Both the position numbers and the translations under genes were made by a program. A stretch of 64,000 bases of DNA, from contig JAVZJD010000001.1 in NCBI GenBank assembly GCA_038870975.1, positions 160,001-224,000 on the forward strand. The letters are read 5' to 3'. The DNA is from Candidatus Bathyarchaeia archaeon (GTDB lineage Archaea > Thermoproteota > CALKCG01 > B24). This document shows positions 1-9,889 of the stretch, one piece after another. Under the pieces are notes generated by a model. It was not told the DNA's origin. It did no database searches and saw nothing but the letters and a program-made list of their open reading frames with translations. The stretch's first letter is position 1. Every line of letters begins with the position of its first letter.

Positions 1-161
1 AATCAGGGTTCTAAGATTAGAGGATTTAACAAAAACCTTTCTAATTTAAAAAGTTGAAATGGAAGCACCATACATCAATATATGGCATCCGACAGGTATT
101 CTACAGAATAATCTTGACTAAGTTTAACTAAGCTACCTCTCCCATGAGGAGAATGAATTCC

Positions 162-1502
162 TCAGAAAAATGTAAGCTTTCTTTGATGTAGAACCTGTTT
201 AAGTAAAGTGCTTTTACGTATCCATACATCCCTCGGTATACTAAGTTTAGAGAATAGGTATTCAAGAGCGTCTTCAAGCTTGTTGAACTTTAGAGGAGGC
301 CTTCTAAGGGCATTTCTAACGTTTTCCCTAACCTGCCAGACGCCGACTGGCATTATATACCCTGGATGCGCCTCCCTAAGTACCAATATTGAGGCTTGAC
401 GTCGTTCTGCAACAAGCCTTTCCGTGACAGCAAGTCTAGCTGCATAGTAGCATCCACCCATGTCAGCATATGTAGTCCTCCCATAGAAGCCTTCATAATC
501 ACCAAACATAACTACTCTATCTCCCCGAGGATTCCAGACGGTTCCTGGATACCACGCTTCTATGCTTTCATAACTCCAAGCGTCTGGAATCATAAGTATT
601 TCAAACCTATTATCTAAGTAGTCAGATTCATACACCCTATATTCGTTTATAATCGGGTTTTCTCTAACATTTTCCATTAAAGCATTTGAAATTATACTAT
701 CAACAGCCGTTATACTCCATCTAGTCGGTACAAGTCTTCTACGTTTATACTCTCCAAAGACTCCTACGCTGAAGGCCCTCTGGATTTTGGAAACAGGCAC
801 ACTATTCTTATAAAGCTCTAAAACAGCGTCCGAAGCTTTCAAATCGTAGTCATTATAGGCTTTTTCAATCCTGTAATCTATTTTGAGAGAACCAATTTTA
901 AGCGACTCCACTGGAGCTGAGGCCCCGAAAGGCTGAACTTCATCATCAACTAGAAAAACGCCACTCGGCTTCCTTCTGAAAAACATCTCGACTTCAACTG
1001 GCAGGTTTGAAATTGCTAAATCTCTAACTTCATCTAGAAGTCTATTCGAGCCGATTGGCTGATCAACTCTAACCTTAAAATTGCCTCTAATGAGACTCAA
1101 TCTGATTTCAGCGATCTCATCTATAGACTTTCCAAACCAAAGCTCAGGGGTATCCATTATAGAGGTGTCTCCATGAACTGGAGGAGTTAAAGGTCCAACG
1201 AATACGTATGGATATCCAAATCTACCCACGAATACAGAGGGTGGACTTGACCCATCTAGATTCAAACCTTTGATTTTAACCAGAGTTTTAACATAGTGGT
1301 AGAGCCTCACAATTATTGGACATCTAGATTTGCCACATAGCATTCTAGCCCCCTTACATAGAACGCACAAACTACCGTTCGGAACTTTATAAGAAATATC
1401 CACCTCACTCGGATTCAACTCAGCTATCAGCTTAGGTTCAGCTATAAGATTTGCAAGGTCTAAGCCAAATTTAGACCTTGAAAACACTGTAACTTTACCC
1501 AT
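162..1502 (-). CDS. nreA: Nre-family DNA repair protein (PCNA-interacting)
   Basis: N-terminal CxxCKG..LCG...CP Zn motif, GSSPPSVFVG..GYP, RLVPTRWSITAVD, GGCYYAARLAV; C-terminal PIP-like QRKLTFF. Confidence 0.9.
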   Translation of the reverse strand: MGKVTVFSRSKFGLDLANLIAEPKLIAELNPSEVDISYKVPNGSLCVLCKGARMLCGKSRCPIIVRLYHYVKTLVKIKGLNLDGSSPPSVFVGRFGYPYVFVGPLTPPVHGDTSIMDTPELWFGKSIDEIAEIRLSLIRGNFKVRVDQPIGSNRLLDEVRDLAISNLPVEVEMFFRRKPSGVFLVDDEVQPFGASAPVESLKIGSLKIDYRIEKAYNDYDLKASDAVLELYKNSVPVSKIQRAFSVGVFGEYKRRRLVPTRWSITAVDSIISNALMENVRENPIINEYRVYESDYLDNRFEILMIPDAWSYESIEAWYPGTVWNPRGDRVVMFGDYEGFYGRTTYADMGGCYYAARLAVTERLVAERRQASILVLREAHPGYIMPVGVWQVRENVRNALRRPPLKFNKLEDALEYLFSKLSIPRDVWIRKSTLLKQVLHQRKLTFF

Positions 1503-1552
1503 TCTTCCACTGGAGAATATTATAATAGGTATGTGTAAAGCCCTTTAAATGT

Positions 1553-2686
1553 TCACTGCTGTTTTTCAAAGTCTTCGAAGCTCATAATTTTAAGATCCTT
1601 AGGCTTCTTAGTGATGTCTGAGATTCTACAACCTATTAGTAGGCTTATACCTTTCTCAGAGGCTATATCTACAATTCTCTGGGTAATAACGCCGTCGAAT
1701 ACCACTGCCATAACACCATCCATGTTTTTAAGCTCTTCCGCTAGACTGCTTACAGGTATTCGTGCAACAACATCCATATTGCTGTTAAAGAGTACAGCCT
1801 CTAGACTATTTCGGAGCTCTTCAATTGTTGCCTTAATACGATCCATGGGGATGGTAAGCTCAGCTGTTTCAGTAGGAGGTTTTTTAGCTTTATCAAGTAA
1901 CTCCAAAATCTCTTTAGGTGTTAAATCTTCCACTTCCATATTGGGCGGTGCTCTAACAACATACGTTATTGGGATCGTTTGCATAAGCTCTTTGAGTATC
2001 AGATCTCCGCCTCTATCTCCATCCAAGAATACTGTAACCTCCTTCTTCGTCTTCGCAAGTTTTATAACGCTTTCAGGTATCTTAACACCCTCAATTGCTA
2101 TAACGTTTCTTATTCCAGCTCTGAGTAAAGCTAAAACATCCGCACGCCCCTCAACTATGATTATAGAGTCCGAAGATTTTACATCTGGTCCTGCTGGTAG
2201 TTCCTCAGGACCGTATTTGACAACTTCATACTCTCTAGATTCTTCTAGGAGTTTCTTAAGTAACTTCTCCGTGTCAGATGCTAATTCCATATCCCACTTT
2301 CTCAAGATTTCACGAGATCTTTCAATTATACGTTTTCTCTTAATTTCCCGTAAATCTTCAATTTTCTCTAAAGATACTTTAGCATTGCAAGGTCCAATCC
2401 TCTCAATACTTTCAAGTGCAGCGGCTATAAGTGCAACCGAGGCTCTGTCTAAGCTGGTTGGAATTATTATCCTACCCTGTGTTTTATCCTGTTTAGTGGA
2501 TAGCTGGATTTCTATTCTACCTATCCTACCAGTTTTCTGCAACTCTCTAAGCTCAAGCTCAGGTCCGAAAAGCCCCTCAGTCTGGCCGAATATGGCACCT
2601 ACTACATCAGGTTTTTCAACAATTCCATCCACTTCAAACTTAGCGTAAATAACATATTTAGTTGTTCCAGGTTGAGTTTGCTCCAT
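1553..2686 (-). CDS. dnaG: Archaeal DnaG (DnaG-type primase / exosome-associated TOPRIM protein)
   Basis: VEKPDVVGAIFGQTEGL, LRELQKTGRIGRI, TOPRIM IIVEGRADV and FLDGDRGG. Confidence 0.95.
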   Translation of the reverse strand: MEQTQPGTTKYVIYAKFEVDGIVEKPDVVGAIFGQTEGLFGPELELRELQKTGRIGRIEIQLSTKQDKTQGRIIIPTSLDRASVALIAAALESIERIGPCNAKVSLEKIEDLREIKRKRIIERSREILRKWDMELASDTEKLLKKLLEESREYEVVKYGPEELPAGPDVKSSDSIIIVEGRADVLALLRAGIRNVIAIEGVKIPESVIKLAKTKKEVTVFLDGDRGGDLILKELMQTIPITYVVRAPPNMEVEDLTPKEILELLDKAKKPPTETAELTIPMDRIKATIEELRNSLEAVLFNSNMDVVARIPVSSLAEELKNMDGVMAVVFDGVITQRIVDIASEKGISLLIGCRISDITKKPKDLKIMSFEDFEKQQ

Positions 2687-2772
2687 GACTTACAACACCT
2701 CAAACTTTTTAAGCCTTCATAAAATATGAATAAGCCAACATATTAAGATTTCAGGTTTTTTAATTTTTAATA

Positions 2773-3861
2773 CTAAAACTCTGAAAAACGGTTAAAAGGC
2801 GACGTTATAAATAGACCTATGAGAAAACCAGCTACCATATCTGAAAACCAATGGTTTCCGAGAGCTAAAGCTTCAAAAACTGTTAAAACAGACAACGCGT
2901 AGATAGAACCAGACAACCATTTAGAGGAATTGTAAAAGAAACCCGTAAAGGTGCCAGCCCATGTAGCATGATTGCTTGGAAAACTATAATCTTGCTTGAT
3001 TGCAGTCGGTGGCCTATGTCTCCTGAAGGAATTCTTAATACAGCTAACTAGTGTGAAAGTACTAAGCGTAAGCGTTGTCAGAATTAGAATACCATTCAGT
3101 TTTCCACGTTTAATTAGCGTGAAAAAAGCGATTGCAAAATACGTCAGAGGTAGAATCGTATCGAAAATTACAAGCAAAGGTGTGAGAGAGCTTACTGGGG
3201 TGTTTAACCATAGTTCTCTTATGGTTAAATACATGGAGATATCTAGTCCTTCTATAAGATTCTTTAGAGTTAAGTTTAAGCCTATATGTTTAGAGCCATA
3301 AGTGAGCATACCTGCAGTAAGCGGTACTGATACATTATCATCGATCTTAAGAATCAAAGCTTCTACTATGCTAGAGGCTGAACATGCTACAAGTACAGTA
3401 TAGGGTTCATAAAAAAGGCTCACGGCTAATGTAGCTAATGTGAAGCCCGCTAGAGATGTTTTAATTCGCCAGAGATTTTTTGAATCCTTCGGTACTCCAA
3501 TCCTTAGAATACCAGTAAATCCATCACCTAAACCAGTTATCAGCACAGCTATTGACGCCTCTTCAAATGGTAAAACGCCCATTAAAACCAATACGGATAG
3601 GCCCAAGAATAATGGAGACTTTGCTATGCACCTTTTTTCTCTATTATTGAGTAAATGTCTATAGAGCTTAGTTAGAGGTGTCGTAAAGCCTTTAAGTCTC
3701 ATGTATTCGTTCAGGAGATACGTCATTAATAGGGTAGCTGAAAGAAGCGAACCCAAGGTGACGCCGAAGACGCCGTATATGATTACTGATGCTATACATA
3801 AAGTTATGTGGACGGCCTCCCTTAGAAATTTATATAGTACATCGGCTACTTCATCCTTCAA
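2773..3861 (-). CDS. Membrane fusion protein: SEC59/phytol-kinase-like CTP-dependent polyprenol kinase + PAP2-family phosphatase
   Basis: N-half REAVHI, GLGDG, KTSLAG, VEAL..IDDNVSVP; C-half KNSFRRHRP, SFPSNH, LGNHWFSD; multiple TM segments. Confidence 0.7.
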   Translation of the reverse strand: MKDEVADVLYKFLREAVHITLCIASVIIYGVFGVTLGSLLSATLLMTYLLNEYMRLKGFTTPLTKLYRHLLNNREKRCIAKSPLFLGLSVLVLMGVLPFEEASIAVLITGLGDGFTGILRIGVPKDSKNLWRIKTSLAGFTLATLAVSLFYEPYTVLVACSASSIVEALILKIDDNVSVPLTAGMLTYGSKHIGLNLTLKNLIEGLDISMYLTIRELWLNTPVSSLTPLLVIFDTILPLTYFAIAFFTLIKRGKLNGILILTTLTLSTFTLVSCIKNSFRRHRPPTAIKQDYSFPSNHATWAGTFTGFFYNSSKWLSGSIYALSVLTVFEALALGNHWFSDMVAGFLIGLFITSPFNRFSEF

Positions 3862-3867
3862 AGTATT

Positions 3868-4287
3868 TTACTCACCCATCACTTGGACTACTACCGTTCT
3901 ATTTCTTGGATGCGTATCAGCCTCTACGAATATTATAGACTGCCACATACCAAGGAGAAGCTTACCATCCATTACAGGCACGGTTTTAGATGGGTTTATG
4001 AGTATAGATCTCAGATGGGAATGTGCATTCACGGGATGCTCATATATTCCTTTTTTAGGGGCTAAACGTTCAAGAAGGGCTTCAAAGTCTCTGAGCAAGT
4101 CTGAAGTATATTCATTTAATGTTATAAGCGCCGTAGCATGAGGGGCAAAAATGTGGACTAAACCATTTCTAACTCCGGATTTTCTGACAATATCGGCTAT
4201 TCTATCTGTCAAATCTATGAAGTCTACTTCCCCTTTAGTGTTAAATCTTATCGTTTCGACATATACTCTCAAACCTTTACTGTTCAT
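3868..4287 (-). CDS. YjbQ/UPF0047 family protein
   Basis: HATA..TLNE, NAHSHLRS, LLLGMWQSIIFVE.D. Confidence 0.85.
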   Translation of the reverse strand: MNSKGLRVYVETIRFNTKGEVDFIDLTDRIADIVRKSGVRNGLVHIFAPHATALITLNEYTSDLLRDFEALLERLAPKKGIYEHPVNAHSHLRSILINPSKTVPVMDGKLLLGMWQSIIFVEADTHPRNRTVVVQVMGE

Positions 4288-4434
4288 AATTTTTAATATT
4301 TACCGTTTGACACTTTAACTTTAACTCTTCAAATCGATCTCTGCCAACACTCCATTTTCACCACACACTTAATACGTCAAGATTTATATTGTTCTAATCT
4401 CTCCACCTATAGATAGCGGGAGGTCTGGTCTTAA

Positions 4435-4749
4435 CTGGGCAAGAGAAAAGTCATCAGCGAAGAAGAAATTAAAACTCTTGTACTACCTAGTCCAGGTGAA
4501 GTTTTAGGAATAGTTGAGAAGCTCCTCGGCTACGATAGGCTTGTCGTTCGATGCGTAGACGGACATACAAGATTGTGTAGAATTAGAGGAAAGATGAAGC
4601 GTAAAGTTTGGATTAAAGAGGGTGATGTAGTGCTCGTTTCACCTTGGGATTTTCAATCCGATGCTAGAGGAGATGTGACATGGCGTTACACGTATAATCA
4701 AGTAGACTGGCTTGCCAAAAATGGATACATTCCTCAAGACTGGGTGTAG
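4435..4749 (+). CDS. eif1a: Translation initiation factor aIF-1A (104 aa, CTG start; absent from ORF track)
   Basis: Manual translation: (L/M)GKRKVISEEEIKTLVLPSPGEVLGIVEKLLGYDRLVVRCVDGHTRLCRIRGKMKRKVWIKEGDVVLVSPWDFQSDARGDVTWRYT...; SD GGGAGGT at 4418-4424; upstream of rio1 as usual in archaea. Confidence 0.95.
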   Translation: MGKRKVISEEEIKTLVLPSPGEVLGIVEKLLGYDRLVVRCVDGHTRLCRIRGKMKRKVWIKEGDVVLVSPWDFQSDARGDVTWRYTYNQVDWLAKNGYIPQDWV

Positions 4750-4775
4750 AGAGTAGATTGTAGAAGGTTTGTAAT

Positions 4776-5567
4776 TTGGAGAAAGAAGATTTTCTTAAAC
4801 ATGAGAAGAAACTTCTTCTTAGAGAAAAGAGATATATAGTTGAACAGCTTTTCAAAGTTAAACGCTCTGAAGAATATGAGGCTCTTGAGGAAGTTTTCGA
4901 TAAGCCTACTCTTTTAACTCTCTATAATATGATTAGACAGGGAACGATCTCTGAAATATATGGTGCTATTAAGGCTGGAAAGGAGAGTAAAATATTTTGG
5001 GCAAAGGGTCCGGAGAATGAAGACTTAGCTGTGAAAATCTACCTGACAGTCGCATCCGAGTTTAGAACAGGTATGCTTATGTATATAGAGGGTGATCCGA
5101 GGTTTAAAAACGTAAAGAGGGATCGGCGGGGACTTATTTATCAGTGGGCTCTAAAGGAATTTAAAAACCTTAAAGAAGCTTACGACTGCAATATAAGAGT
5201 GCCCAAACCTGTTACGGTTAAAAATAACATTTTAGTTATGGAGTTCATAGGACATAAAGGTGTACCAGCCCCACTTATAAAAGACGTTGAAATAAAAAAT
5301 CCAACAAGAATTTACAAGATGATACTGAACGACATTAGAAAGCTGTATAGGGAGGCTAAACTCGTCCATGGAGACCTCAGCGAATACAACGTCATGTATT
5401 GGAAGGGCTTACCTTACATGATAGATTTATCACAGGCGGTTTCACTCGACCATCCTCTAAGTCATGAGTTTTTGAAGAGGGATATTAAAAACATTAACAG
5501 GTTTTTTAGAAGACTAGGAGTTGATACTTTAGATGACGACGAGCTCTATGAATGGATAATTTCTTAA
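4776..5567 (+). CDS. rio1: RIO1 serine/threonine kinase
   Basis: GKESKIF, AVKIY, LVMEFIG, LVHGDLSEYN, IDLSQAV; conserved aIF1A-rio1 order. Confidence 0.93.
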   Translation: MEKEDFLKHEKKLLLREKRYIVEQLFKVKRSEEYEALEEVFDKPTLLTLYNMIRQGTISEIYGAIKAGKESKIFWAKGPENEDLAVKIYLTVASEFRTGMLMYIEGDPRFKNVKRDRRGLIYQWALKEFKNLKEAYDCNIRVPKPVTVKNNILVMEFIGHKGVPAPLIKDVEIKNPTRIYKMILNDIRKLYREAKLVHGDLSEYNVMYWKGLPYMIDLSQAVSLDHPLSHEFLKRDIKNINRFFRRLGVDTLDDDELYEWIIS

Positions 5568-5599
5568 TCTTTTTCTTAAAGTATAAATAATAATTAGTT

Positions 5600-7027
5600 T
5601 TGAAGGGGGAAAGTTTGGACATCAATTCCACACAACCTTCTTTTGGAACCGCTGGGATAAGGGGGATAGCTAATAGGGATTTAACTCCCCAGTTAGCTAT
5701 TAAAATCGGCCTTTGCATGGCTAGATACCTTGGAGCCGATAGACGTGTTCTAGTTGGTAGAGACACTAGAGTATCATCTGATATGATTGCAATGGCCGTT
5801 ATATCTGGTCTCCTAAGCGGAGGATGCAATGTTGAAGACTTAGGAATTGTTGCAACACCAGCTTTATCCTTCGCGATTAAAACGTTAAAAGCAGATGGAG
5901 GGGTTATGATAACCGCATCCCATAATCCGCCTGAGTGGAACGGAATTAAACTATGGAATTCCGATGGAACGATATTCACAAGAAGGCAAGATAGGGAAAT
6001 TGAGGAGCTACTATATGATTATGAGGGCTATCATGTATCTTGGAGTAGAATAGGTAGTTTTAGGAGGATAGAGGGCATTCCAGATCTCTATGTGAGGGCG
6101 ATTTTGAGTAGAATAGATGTAGAAACTGTGAAAAGTAGAAACTATAGTGTTGTCTTAGATTGCGGAGGTGGAGCGACATGCTTCTCCTCTCCAAAATTAC
6201 TGAGAGAGTTAAACTGTGAGCTTACTACTCTGGGCTGTGAACCAGATGGTTTTTTCAGATTAAGGAAACCCGAACCCAGACCTGAAAACTTAACGAAGCT
6301 TATGGAGGTTGTCAAGTCTACATCGTCAGACTTGGGAATTGCACACGATGGAGACGGAGATAGGACTTCATTCGTTGATGAAAACGGCAATTACATTCAA
6401 GGAGATAAGATATTGGCACTCATATGCTTGAATTACCTTAGAAACAAGCCTAGAAGCGTGATTGTTACAACCATAATAACGAGCAATGTGGTATTCGACG
6501 TTGCTGAGAAAATCGGAGCTAAAGTGGTTTTGACACCTGTCGGAGAATCCTGCGTCGTAGAGAAGATGAAGGAAACTGAAGCCGAAATAGGCGGAGAGGA
6601 AAACATAGGTTTGATTGTTAAAGATTGGGTTTGGAGTAGAGAAGGCCTATATGCTGCAGCTTTAGTTTTAGATATAATGGCCAGGGAGAAACGCCCACTT
6701 TCTCAACTCATAAGCGAACTACCGAACTATGAACAGGCTAAAATGAGCGTGAAATGTGATGAAAACATTTATTCACGTATTAAGCATGAAGTAATTAGAG
6801 TTGTAAAAGAAATGTTACCAAGGGACTATGATAAAATCATCACCATAGATGGAATTAAAGTCTACTATGGACGAAGCTGGATATTGATAAGACCATCTGG
6901 TACAGAACCACTCTTCAGAGTTTTCGTCGAAGCAGAAGATAAGACAACACTTGAGAAATTTAAGAAGATTGCTATAGAGGCTACTAACAGTGCTATTCAA
7001 GAACTTTCTGAAAAATTACAGAATTAG
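5600..7027 (+). CDS. Phosphoglucosamine mutase / phosphohexomutase (PGM/PMM family)
   Basis: FGTAGIRG, ITASHNP phosphoserine loop, DGDGDR metal loop, RPSGTEP. Confidence 0.9.
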   Translation: MKGESLDINSTQPSFGTAGIRGIANRDLTPQLAIKIGLCMARYLGADRRVLVGRDTRVSSDMIAMAVISGLLSGGCNVEDLGIVATPALSFAIKTLKADGGVMITASHNPPEWNGIKLWNSDGTIFTRRQDREIEELLYDYEGYHVSWSRIGSFRRIEGIPDLYVRAILSRIDVETVKSRNYSVVLDCGGGATCFSSPKLLRELNCELTTLGCEPDGFFRLRKPEPRPENLTKLMEVVKSTSSDLGIAHDGDGDRTSFVDENGNYIQGDKILALICLNYLRNKPRSVIVTTIITSNVVFDVAEKIGAKVVLTPVGESCVVEKMKETEAEIGGEENIGLIVKDWVWSREGLYAAALVLDIMAREKRPLSQLISELPNYEQAKMSVKCDENIYSRIKHEVIRVVKEMLPRDYDKIITIDGIKVYYGRSWILIRPSGTEPLFRVFVEAEDKTTLEKFKKIAIEATNSAIQELSEKLQN

Positions 7028-7063
7028 TAAAGCTAAATTAGAAGCTCTTATAGTAATTTAATC

Positions 7064-7393
7064 GGGGGTGGCGGGTTAAGGATCGGGGAGCTAGCCCTGC
7101 CCTGTAACCCGAAACGGGCTATATGCGGGGATCCGTTAACCATCAAAGGCGGCAGCCTGAACAGCCAGATGAGGTTTCACAAGCTAACAATGAGGCTTCG
7201 TCTCGTAGGGCTCGGTTGGAGACAGCCTCCTTGAAGGAGGGGGTGGAGTCTCTCCACCGCCGAACCGGGTCAGGCCGGGAACGGAGCAGCCCTAAGGCGG
7301 GCAACCGAGCGTTTGCGAGGGCGCGGGGTTGAGAAGGCTTGTGAAATACTCGGGCTGGGAGGGTGTCCACTTTGATGGGATGCCGCCATCCCC
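7064..7393 (+). ncRNA. ffs: Signal recognition particle (7S/SRP) RNA
   Basis: GC-rich; 5' GGGGUGGCGG pairs with 3' CCGCCAUCCCC; Alu UGUAACCC motif; helix 8 GGGUCAGGCCG-GGAA-CGGAGCAGCCC; helix 6 can form a GAAG tetraloop. Confidence 0.93.
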
Positions 7394-7397
7394 TCTT

Positions 7398-8465
7398 TTA
7401 AGATATCGGGTATCTTAAAATTGCTACGATCCCTCCTAAACCAAGTATTCTATCGTTTTCAAGCCCTGAAGATATGAATACTACTTCACCTTTTCTCTGC
7501 TCAACTTCTCTTATGGCTTTGAGAAGTTCGTCTAATTCCCCATTTGATAGGTTTTTCAAAAGCCTTTCAGAAACTAAAAGTCTCTTTATGGCACCTGTTG
7601 AGGAAAGGTCTTTAATAGGTTTAATTCCATATGTGACCATGTTAGGTTTTTCTGAGAGAGTTTTAAACGCTTCATCCAAGAGTTTGGCCTCGTATATTAG
7701 GCGAATTTCGCCTAAATAGTTTTCTATTAAGCCAGATCTTAAAGCTTCATAAACTCCCGAGACACCTCCAACACTAACTTTACCAGTTTTTACTCTACCT
7801 TTAAATTGCGATTCTTTATTTAGATAGTCGGCCAATTTCTCGTATAAAAAGCCTGGACCTACGACTAGAATAAAAACCTCTTCACTAAAACTTAACCTAC
7901 TGAGGGTCTCTGAAATTGCTTTTAAGTTCTCTCTGACATTATTCTCCCATTGTCCCTTGTTTCTTTTACCTGGAATTTTAAGGGGAATCTCTGCTTTAAT
8001 ATCCAATCCATGTTCTCCAACAACCGCTATACAACACTCGTCTCTATCTATGGACACGACTACTATGCTTCTGCTTTTAGTTGATTTAGCCCTTTCGAGC
8101 CTTTCAAGCTCATTCGGGAGCCACTTATCTTTAAGCAGAAGTATTGGCTCACCTATCTTAAGATTGATGGAGTGGTGTCTGCCCTTTAGACCTTCTACAT
8201 CTTTAGAGTCTTCAATAATCCCGTAGATTTTCAGACGTTTAACGTACAAGTCGAGCTGAGCGGCTTCAACTCTAAGTCTAATATCTAAGCTAACCCTAGA
8301 TCTTCCTTCAACTTCACCCATAGAACTTCTGATCTTCACAATCCTACTGGTTCTAGCCTCTACTAAGTCACCGGGGCTCAGTATATTCACCAAATGCCAT
8401 AAGTCATCGATATTTTCAGGCACAAGCATGACGCCTTCTTTAAGGTTTAAGTTTAAAATCTTCAT
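7398..8465 (-). CDS. pelA: Pelota / Dom34 mRNA surveillance protein
   Basis: PENIDDLWHL..I..GD.V.A.T.R N-terminus; eRF1-like domains; LGGIVAILRY C-terminus. Confidence 0.9.
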   Translation of the reverse strand: MKILNLNLKEGVMLVPENIDDLWHLVNILSPGDLVEARTSRIVKIRSSMGEVEGRSRVSLDIRLRVEAAQLDLYVKRLKIYGIIEDSKDVEGLKGRHHSINLKIGEPILLLKDKWLPNELERLERAKSTKSRSIVVVSIDRDECCIAVVGEHGLDIKAEIPLKIPGKRNKGQWENNVRENLKAISETLSRLSFSEEVFILVVGPGFLYEKLADYLNKESQFKGRVKTGKVSVGGVSGVYEALRSGLIENYLGEIRLIYEAKLLDEAFKTLSEKPNMVTYGIKPIKDLSSTGAIKRLLVSERLLKNLSNGELDELLKAIREVEQRKGEVVFISSGLENDRILGLGGIVAILRYPIS

Positions 8466-8506
8466 TCTGTATAATGTAAAAAAGTCATTTCCTAATAAGA
8501 GTTGAT

Positions 8507-8953
8507 TTGGAATTGAACAATTTAGTAATCAGAACAGTTAAAGATGGGGATTTAAAAAGTATTTATCTTATTGAACGACTTTCGTTTGAAAGACCATACC
8601 CATCTTCATATCTCGAGACACTTGCATACTTAAGCCCTGAAACATTTCTAGTGGTTTCCTTAAACGGTTCCATAGTAGGATATTCTGCATCTGTTTTAAG
8701 AGGCTCTGAAGGACACATAATCTCTATAGCTGTCCATCCAGATTATAGAGGCATCGGTATAGGTGAGAAACTTCTAAGGGAGAATATTAAAAGACTTAAA
8801 GATTCAGGCGCCAAAAGAGTGGTTCTCGAAGTTAGAATAGACAATATTCAAGCTTTAAAGCTTTATCAGAAACTCGGCTTCAAAATCGTTAAAACCTTAA
8901 AAAACTACTATTGGGATGGGGCCGACGCTTATAAGATGGTTTTAAACGTTTAA
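8507..8953 (+). CDS. RimI-like GNAT N-acetyltransferase
   Basis: GHIISIAVHPDYRGIGIG, LEVRIDN..A..LY..LGF, YY.DGADA. Confidence 0.85.
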   Translation: MELNNLVIRTVKDGDLKSIYLIERLSFERPYPSSYLETLAYLSPETFLVVSLNGSIVGYSASVLRGSEGHIISIAVHPDYRGIGIGEKLLRENIKRLKDSGAKRVVLEVRIDNIQALKLYQKLGFKIVKTLKNYYWDGADAYKMVLNV

Positions 8954-9022
8954 TCTTTAAAATAGAGTTTGCAATTCTTAAGAAGCCTTTTATATACTTC
9001 AACAAGAAAATATTACTTCAAT

Positions 9023-9889
9023 ATGTCCGTTAAAGTTTCAGCAGTCGATTTCCATGTTCATCCGGTCGTAATAGAAGAGGCTCTTCCAGTAGATAGATAT
9101 CTGGAGAAAAAAGTTAGAGAAGTATATCACATAGGTACAGCTATACAACCTTTAGATGCGCTTATAAAGATGTTGAAGGCCGCAGGGATAGATAAAGCTG
9201 TTCTACTTTCAATAGCCACACTGGAAGATACTATGCCTCCTAACGAATCTATTAAAACTCTTGTAGAGAAGGGTAAGGGTATGTTTATAGGTTTTGCTGG
9301 CTTAAACCCAGCTAAGGGAGATGAGGCTATAGATGCACTGGAGAAGGCTCATTCAGAAGGATTTAAAGGTGTTAAACTTTATCCGCCACTTCAAGGTTTT
9401 AAACCAAACGATAGAAAACTCTACACGTTCTATGAAAGGGCTCAACATCTAAATATGCCGTTACTATTCCACACGGGAGTTTCATGGATTAGAAGAGTAG
9501 AACTAGCCCACTGCCACCCTCTTGAAATTGAAGACGTAGTAGTGAACTTCCCCGACCTTAAAGTGATCTTGGCACATATGGGTTTTCCATGGGTTTGGGA
9601 GGCTGCCATGATCGCTGTAAAATACGAAAACGTTTACTTGGATTTGAGCGGAGTTTTTACTGGAACACCTAAAGAGCACATATTCTACGTCTTTAACAAG
9701 ATTTTAACACCAGGTTTTGTTTCACGTTTTCTTGCAGATAAGATAGTCTTCGGATCCGACTGGCCTAGGATGGAGCCTTTTAAAATGGCTGAAGCCGTTC
9801 GAAGTCTGCCCATTGAGAAATCGGTGATAGATAAGATTATGAGACTAAACGCTCTGAGGATTCTAGAGATAGAGGAGGAGTTGACATGA
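9023..9889 (+). CDS. Amidohydrolase family protein (Amidohydro_2)
   Basis: DFHVH, GVKLYP, FHTG, LAHMG, FGSDWP; ATG at 9023 preferred to the TTG ORF start at 8969. Confidence 0.8.
   Translation: MSVKVSAVDFHVHPVVIEEALPVDRYLEKKVREVYHIGTAIQPLDALIKMLKAAGIDKAVLLSIATLEDTMPPNESIKTLVEKGKGMFIGFAGLNPAKGDEAIDALEKAHSEGFKGVKLYPPLQGFKPNDRKLYTFYERAQHLNMPLLFHTGVSWIRRVELAHCHPLEIEDVVVNFPDLKVILAHMGFPWVWEAAMIAVKYENVYLDLSGVFTGTPKEHIFYVFNKILTPGFVSRFLADKIVFGSDWPRMEPFKMAEAVRSLPIEKSVIDKIMRLNALRILEIEEELT

Noticed and set aside
1611-2648. 345-aa + strand ORF
   Set aside because: Antisense shadow of dnaG; Ser/Ile/Leu-rich with no motifs. The same applies to the many other short ORFs antisense to clear genes
4664-4855. 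63-aa minus-strand ORF
   Set aside because: Antisense to aIF-1A and rio1
7225-7245. Apparently non-GNAR loop in SRP helix 6
   Set aside because: Alternative pairing CCUCCUU/GAGGGGG gives a canonical GAAG tetraloop
7123-7370. Two short ORFs (69 and 75 aa)
   Set aside because: They lie within the GC-rich SRP RNA
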